Below are positions 23,701 through 26,628 of a DNA stretch of 26,628 nucleotides, in pieces. The stretch covers positions 1 to 26,628 of the forward strand of contig CALYTX010000001.1 of the NCBI GenBank assembly GCA_945487985.1, in the 5' to 3' direction. A program made the translations under genes and the position numbers. The notes below the pieces were generated by a model. That model did not search any database and was not told the DNA's origin. It saw only the letters and a list, made by a program, of their open reading frames with translations. Source of the stretch: an uncultured Verrucomicrobiota bacterium. GTDB lineage: Bacteria > Verrucomicrobiota > Kiritimatiellia > RFP12 > UBA1067. The stretch's first letter is position 1. Each line of letters starts with the position of its first letter.

Positions 23701-24393
23701 CTGCGCCGAGACGATCGCGGAGCAGTCGTTCGGGACGGTGATCTCCGTTTCTACCGTCAGCTTCTTCTGCCGCCAGGAAGTGTTGGCGAAGACGTCTTCG
23801 ATGCACACCGGCGACTTGGCGGTTAGAAACGGCGGATCCTTCTCGAACTTAAAACGGGCGTCTTTCGCGCCGGACATGAGCATCGCGAACTCGTTCGGTG
23901 CGGCGACCTTCACGAATTTCGTTACATCGAGTTCGCCGGCGGGTTGCTTAATGACGCCCGCGAACGTGCCATTGATCCAAAGCCCCACGTCACAGTTCTT
24001 GATGCCGGTCTGCGAATAAATGAGCCGGCATCCGTCCCAATGGCGAGGAACATCCATCCTCGCTTTCAGCCAGGCGCCGCGGTAGTTGCCGATAGGTTTT
24101 TTAAACCCGCCCGCCGGAGGAGTCCAGGAGTTGCCCTCGGTTTCATTTTGCAGAAGACACTGCGCCCACCACTGTCCGTTCCAGAACTTCCACTGCCCCC
24201 ACTGGGAATCCGGCTCGGTCGGCAGCGCGATGGCCTCGGGCTTTGAAAGATCCGCCGGCTTCTCCACCGGCAGCAGCTTCCAGAACTTCGCGACTTTGTC
24301 GGACATCACAACCTTCGAATCGACCTTCTCCGCTGCGAGAGCGGAAAACGCCGCCAAGATTCCGAGGAGCGGAATCACCCACCTCTTCGACAT
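20740..24393 (-). CDS. secreted GH2-like multidomain glycoside hydrolase homologue
   Basis: Signal peptide MSKRWVIPLLGILAAFSALA (AAGGGGGA RBS); sugar-binding sandwich; PITWELGRGYLY, FGFREIW...MNG; RNYP; PFQACEFG; C-terminal class-I GATase-like/trimerisation-type domains. Confidence 0.78.
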   Translation of the reverse strand: MSKRWVIPLLGILAAFSALAAEKVDSKVVMSDKVAKFWKLLPVEKPADLSKPEAIALPTEPDSQWGQWKFWNGQWWAQCLLQNETEGNSWTPPAGGFKKPIGNYRGAWLKARMDVPRHWDGCRLIYSQTGIKNCDVGLWINGTFAGVIKQPAGELDVTKFVKVAAPNEFAMLMSGAKDARFKFEKDPPFLTAKSPVCIEDVFANTSWRQKKLTVETEITVPNDCSAIVSAQVLDAAGKVVKEVSGKFSLKAGTSVVKPSVDWKNPITWELGRGYLYTLKTQAKINGKTISYKDVKFGFREIWRDERKIFMNGHEQKYRVTYNFGCNRYGAKFLTGVGYNCIQFAHQTSLDPTLNEEDLQYFSEHGIAIVAPTTAFDWNTKNPLLKPGEKREAFKRLQAMNLRKYRNYPCLAMVYMGVNTYLPQWAYEAVHLGSGDNGDFAKMMTDLVAAAKETNPNILYFSHSDGNTGEIASANLYLNWIPLQERESWPSRWAERGHFPFQACEFGHPYQYSWYKDERDLITEYCAIYYGEEAYRLEPRTIQERHIESLYIRRLQHPLFWKLTEDFCWRTTRAWRTFGVNAGIVWFNLDYGYGMPGWTIEGIYNKYGPNYGFFKSEADIPKGKPEWAFPSWDIYRKGNLDFLGWIAGYPRITDRRHAYYPGEKIVKRNVMMWDGFDNRSFVAEWTATVGGQKVASGRFKRALTSNRPVSDKIAFAAPEVRQKTAGEIKVVYRNANGAEEFVDTCAFEVYPRKAVKWEKAPEFALYDPDGQTEPALRKLGLVNLRKVASPADFGTATRLVVGSFALGKDGYMALPMEAVEKGLKVLVLPQNADAWKGFGFDVQDRMSRILFIRDRTSPAWKKLDDDYVREWNGAPRTQQKNAYNRQQYGSLVKHQKHEPRWTYEMAVAALQLRSPDVVGYTPVVEGELDMNYAALLRYRRGKGEVLFCTLDFLGRIDTSAPEGAADISATDPAIEQTAAAVFADFCGKGAEPAARAVIADGTTAQKIAAELGVKTVVKPQADAGELLLVGPDGKTSAAQVVAAANRGANVLVLCNDTVAKGLGFVLKPCGPDVYWVKFDHQNSDLQGIGQSQLRWRERMKYSVLQQGSAPSGTRIDGEGIFASMRFKGGGTVFVSQYDPYYLENKIATAEFYFVNNKKNPVSEKNRARDLKHGDLSFERGRQFTARLLTNLGASPTAGEVKLYNGLKSTFDPYLYTYW

Positions 24394-24521
24394 CAACAAT
24401 CCCCCTTTGCAACCTATGTCAGTTAATCTCGGCGAGTATCGGCACCGACAAGCCCCGACCTGTCTGATGGTCATTGTCAACTGCGGCGCACAATGATTTC
24501 CCCCATGCCAAGACTTTGAAG

Positions 24522-24551
24522 ATTATAGCACATCACCCGCAGCAACTTCAA
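24522..24551 (-). promoter_or_regulatory. promoter TTGAAG-N18-TATAAT with extended TG
   Basis: TGCTATAAT at 24522-24530, about 130 nt upstream of the GH2-like start. Confidence 0.55.
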
Positions 24552-24573
24552 TCGCCCCCGCCCCTGTTTTTCA

Positions 24574-24753
24574 GATAATGTGGCAAAGTCTGGGATGACC
24601 CTTATGGGAACCGAGAAGTTGCTCCAAGCAACATAGCGCGATACATGATTGAATCATATAAGATATCCCATGATACATTTACTTTCAGCTGTCAATGGTC
24701 GAGAACGTCTTTCACTGGCAACACCGCCGTATCCCAGACTTTGCCACATTACC
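24574..24753. mobile_element. 180-bp MITE with IS1-like ends
   Basis: 23-bp terminal inverted repeats with 1 mismatch (G[A/G]TAATGTGGCAAAGTCTGGGAT), flanked by an 8-bp direct repeat GTTTTTCA (24566-24573 and 24754-24761); no transposase. Confidence 0.88.
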
Positions 24754-24789
24754 GTTTTTCAAATGATTTCGCGCGCGTTTTATTTTGGC

Positions 24790-24817
24790 CGTGTAGAACG
24801 TGTAGAAACGTGTAGAA
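24790..24817. repeat. three tandem CGTGTAGAA(A) units
   Basis: Units at 24790-24798, 24799-24808 and 24809-24817. Confidence 0.7.
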
Positions 24818-24866
24818 TTTTTGAGAACTCCGACGGTTGAAAAATTGGCTCCGTTACCACTTCGCC

Positions 24867-25487
24867 TCAGCTTCGCGCCACGAAACCGCGATTATTGCCT
24901 CCTACTATGTTTTCTTTATCTGGGGGCACCGCCCCCAGACCCCCAAAGCTGTCGCTGCGAATTTCATGCGGCTGAACAGCGCGAAGCAGAGGGCGCAACG
25001 TTAGTGAAGCCTCTTTGCCAGCCGTCGGAGTTCCAATATCCTCCCGACCCTTTATCCGCTTGATCGCCGCTTCGACTGCGGCCGAACGCCGAGCGTCGCC
25101 CCTGAAGCGCTCTATAAGCGCAATGTCATCCGCGTTGCCGAGAAGCCCGACGGACCCGATGCAGACGGCATCGAGGACCGCATCGCGCTTTTCACCGGAA
25201 AGCGTATCGCGCAAGACTGGCAGCGCCTCGGCGTATCTGCGCTGCCCCGCGAGCTGGATCGCGGCGATGCGCGCGACGTTGTTGACGCCGGGATTGCACA
25301 GCGCGAGCGTCAGCCGCTTCAGCTCCCCTTCCTGTGCAGCGCTGGCGCGCTTGTCCTCAGCGAGAGAGTAGAGCGCAGTTCCCGCGTAGGGCTTAGTCTT
25401 TTCGCGCGCCGCCCTGACCAACACCTCGCGGACACGGTTGCACATTGCATCGTCCAGCTCGTTCACCATTGCGCCAAGGTGCTGCAT
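24867..25487 (-). pseudogene. 5'-truncated HEAT/armadillo-like helical-repeat protein remnant
   Basis: Helical repeats (ARIAAIQLAG, EALPVLR, IGSVGLLG...DIALIE). The frame continues 27 codons upstream without a start and then meets TAA; the 3' tail reads through the REP hairpin and looks non-coding. Confidence 0.45.
24920..24938. repeat. REP-like GC hairpin CTGGGGGC-ACC-GCCCCCAG
   Basis: Perfect 8-bp stem followed by ACCCCC. Confidence 0.5.
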
Positions 25488-25644
25488 GCAGTAGTCGAGG
25501 ACATCCCCGCACCCCTCATCTTCCTTGCTATCTTTTCCCTGCGCTGGCGCGCGGTGGAACTTAGGATCTTACACACTTAGACAATGCCCGGAAATTTCAT
25601 TTAAAATTTCCAGTTGCTGACCCTCCTGTGTTCCATGCTTACTT

Positions 25645-26430
25645 CTAATATCCACCATGTACAAGGAAATTCTGACTGAACATCAGATGCGGCGAATTGC
25701 CGCTTTCGGGATAGAACCAAATCTCGACCATGACACCATATGGCCGCCCGCGCCGTCCTGGCAATACTTTAAACGGACGAACGAAAGTAAAACATTCATT
25801 CTGGTCCTTCGACCATCTAAGCAACTTCGGCTCCATTCCGCAGGACTCGAGCATGCTGTCACTGTATTCTAACAACGCCATCCCAGTTGTCAGCTCATGA
25901 ACCCTGATGTCCATTCGTCCCGCCTCTCCAGGATTAAGCGCACCATAACATATCGGAGGATCATCAAGATCCAACATAATGTACGGGGCGCAATTGGTCT
26001 GCTGGCAATTCGCGAACGGCCCGATATCAACGCACTTCTTAGGATTCACAAGCGACACGTTCAGAGGGATCGACAATCCATCCGCAAAGAATTCAGGTCC
26101 ATTGGCTAGAATTCTCAAAAGGACAACAGTGCACAAATACAACACAAATACGTCGGTTACAGCAGTAAGCAAGCACCTTCCAACGACAAGCAAGGGGGAG
26201 CTCCTGAACGTAACTTCACGATCCTTCCCTCTAAGCAAGGAATACAACAGCCAGAAAACTGTGCAGAACGTCATCATGGCACCAGAGAACTTGCTCAGGC
26301 GCAAAGCTACAAAATTCTCGCCTGACAAGGCGTATACAAGCACAAACGACAGCACAATTTCGCTCATCAGACGCACCCCATAACGAGGTCTTGCAATACC
26401 AGACAAAACGCGTATGCAAAAATTCTTCAT
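25645..26430 (-). CDS. conserved hypothetical membrane protein, AT-richer than flanks
   Basis: Three N-terminal hydrophobic segments; C-terminal PGEAG..I...E.T.G, WS.D..E.F, G..G.PY....EIWF.PESG, NF.V.G pattern that I recall from an uncharacterised family. Confidence 0.65.
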   Translation of the reverse strand: MKNFCIRVLSGIARPRYGVRLMSEIVLSFVLVYALSGENFVALRLSKFSGAMMTFCTVFWLLYSLLRGKDREVTFRSSPLLVVGRCLLTAVTDVFVLYLCTVVLLRILANGPEFFADGLSIPLNVSLVNPKKCVDIGPFANCQQTNCAPYIMLDLDDPPICYGALNPGEAGRMDIRVHELTTGMALLEYSDSMLESCGMEPKLLRWSKDQNECFTFVRPFKVLPGRRGRPYGVMVEIWFYPESGNSPHLMFSQNFLVHGGY

Positions 26431-26471
26431 GGTAAGTTACGATTGATTCGCATTGGTTTACTCGTGCTTGA

Positions 26472-26627
26472 CTAGTAAATTATACGCTTCTCAAACCGCT
26501 TGCCTAAGCTACCATTGGCAAAATCAACAGCCCATGCATAAGGGCGATACCAAACATACGGATCAACGTACCTCAAAGAACTAGAGCACGAGATATCTAT
26601 CTCCCGTCCGCGACAGATCATCTTGTC
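26472..26627 (-). CDS. possible 3' end of an upstream gene entering from the right edge
   Basis: Open 51-codon frame DKMICRGREIDISCSSSLRYVDPYVWYRPYAWAVDFANGSLGKRFEKRIIY ending in TAG, 41 nt before the next start. Confidence 0.35.
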   Translation of the reverse strand, partial: DKMICRGREIDISCSSSLRYVDPYVWYRPYAWAVDFANGSLGKRFEKRIIY

Positions 26628-26628
26628 C

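Noticed and set aside
2420-23826. Long plus-strand ORFs (2420-3613, 8092-9072, 9313-10416, 13314-14219, 19467-20528, 22726-23826, etc.)
   Set aside because: They lie antisense to well-supported genes; stop-poor shadow frames are expected in GC-rich DNA.
24394-24521. Riboswitch in the roughly 120-nt leader of the GH2-like gene
   Set aside because: No recognisable aptamer consensus or terminator; an Infernal/Rfam scan would be needed.
24649-24840. 63-aa ORF spanning the MITE end and tandem repeats
   Set aside because: It crosses the element boundary and translates repeat DNA (RVERVE); spurious.
24790-25015. Possible integron attC site (CACTAAC near 25003) or CRISPR array
   Set aside because: No matching GTTRRRY core at the far end, no integrase; repeats are short, lack spacers, and there are no cas genes.

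Overview
This looks like chromosomal DNA of a moderately GC-rich Gram-negative bacterium; protein styles suggest the PVC group (Kiritimatiellia/Lentisphaerae-like), which is an inference. Almost all genes are on the minus strand. From right to left: (i) an AT-richer accessory tip with a conserved hypothetical membrane protein, a truncated helical-repeat gene and a 180-bp IS1-like MITE with an 8-bp target duplication; (ii) three large secreted proteins: a GH2-like protein apparently lacking the acid/base Glu, an alpha/beta-hydrolase and a duplicated beta-helix protein; (iii) a Tad/Flp pilin cluster (two flp genes, one absent from the ORF track, then tadE, tadG, tadE) followed by an M24 peptidase; (iv) a plus-strand acyl-ACP thioesterase divergent from metG; (v) a tightly coupled run metG-tadC-FHA-PEGA-tlyA-pdp ending in the most striking item, a long ORF missing from the ORF track because it runs off the left edge (2501 to <1, minus). 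Manual translation shows an uninterrupted in-frame fusion of a GspG-like major pseudopilin to a catalytically intact GH2 beta-galactosidase-like enzyme, suggesting pilus- or membrane-displayed glycosidase activity. No rRNA, tRNA or CRISPR array was found.
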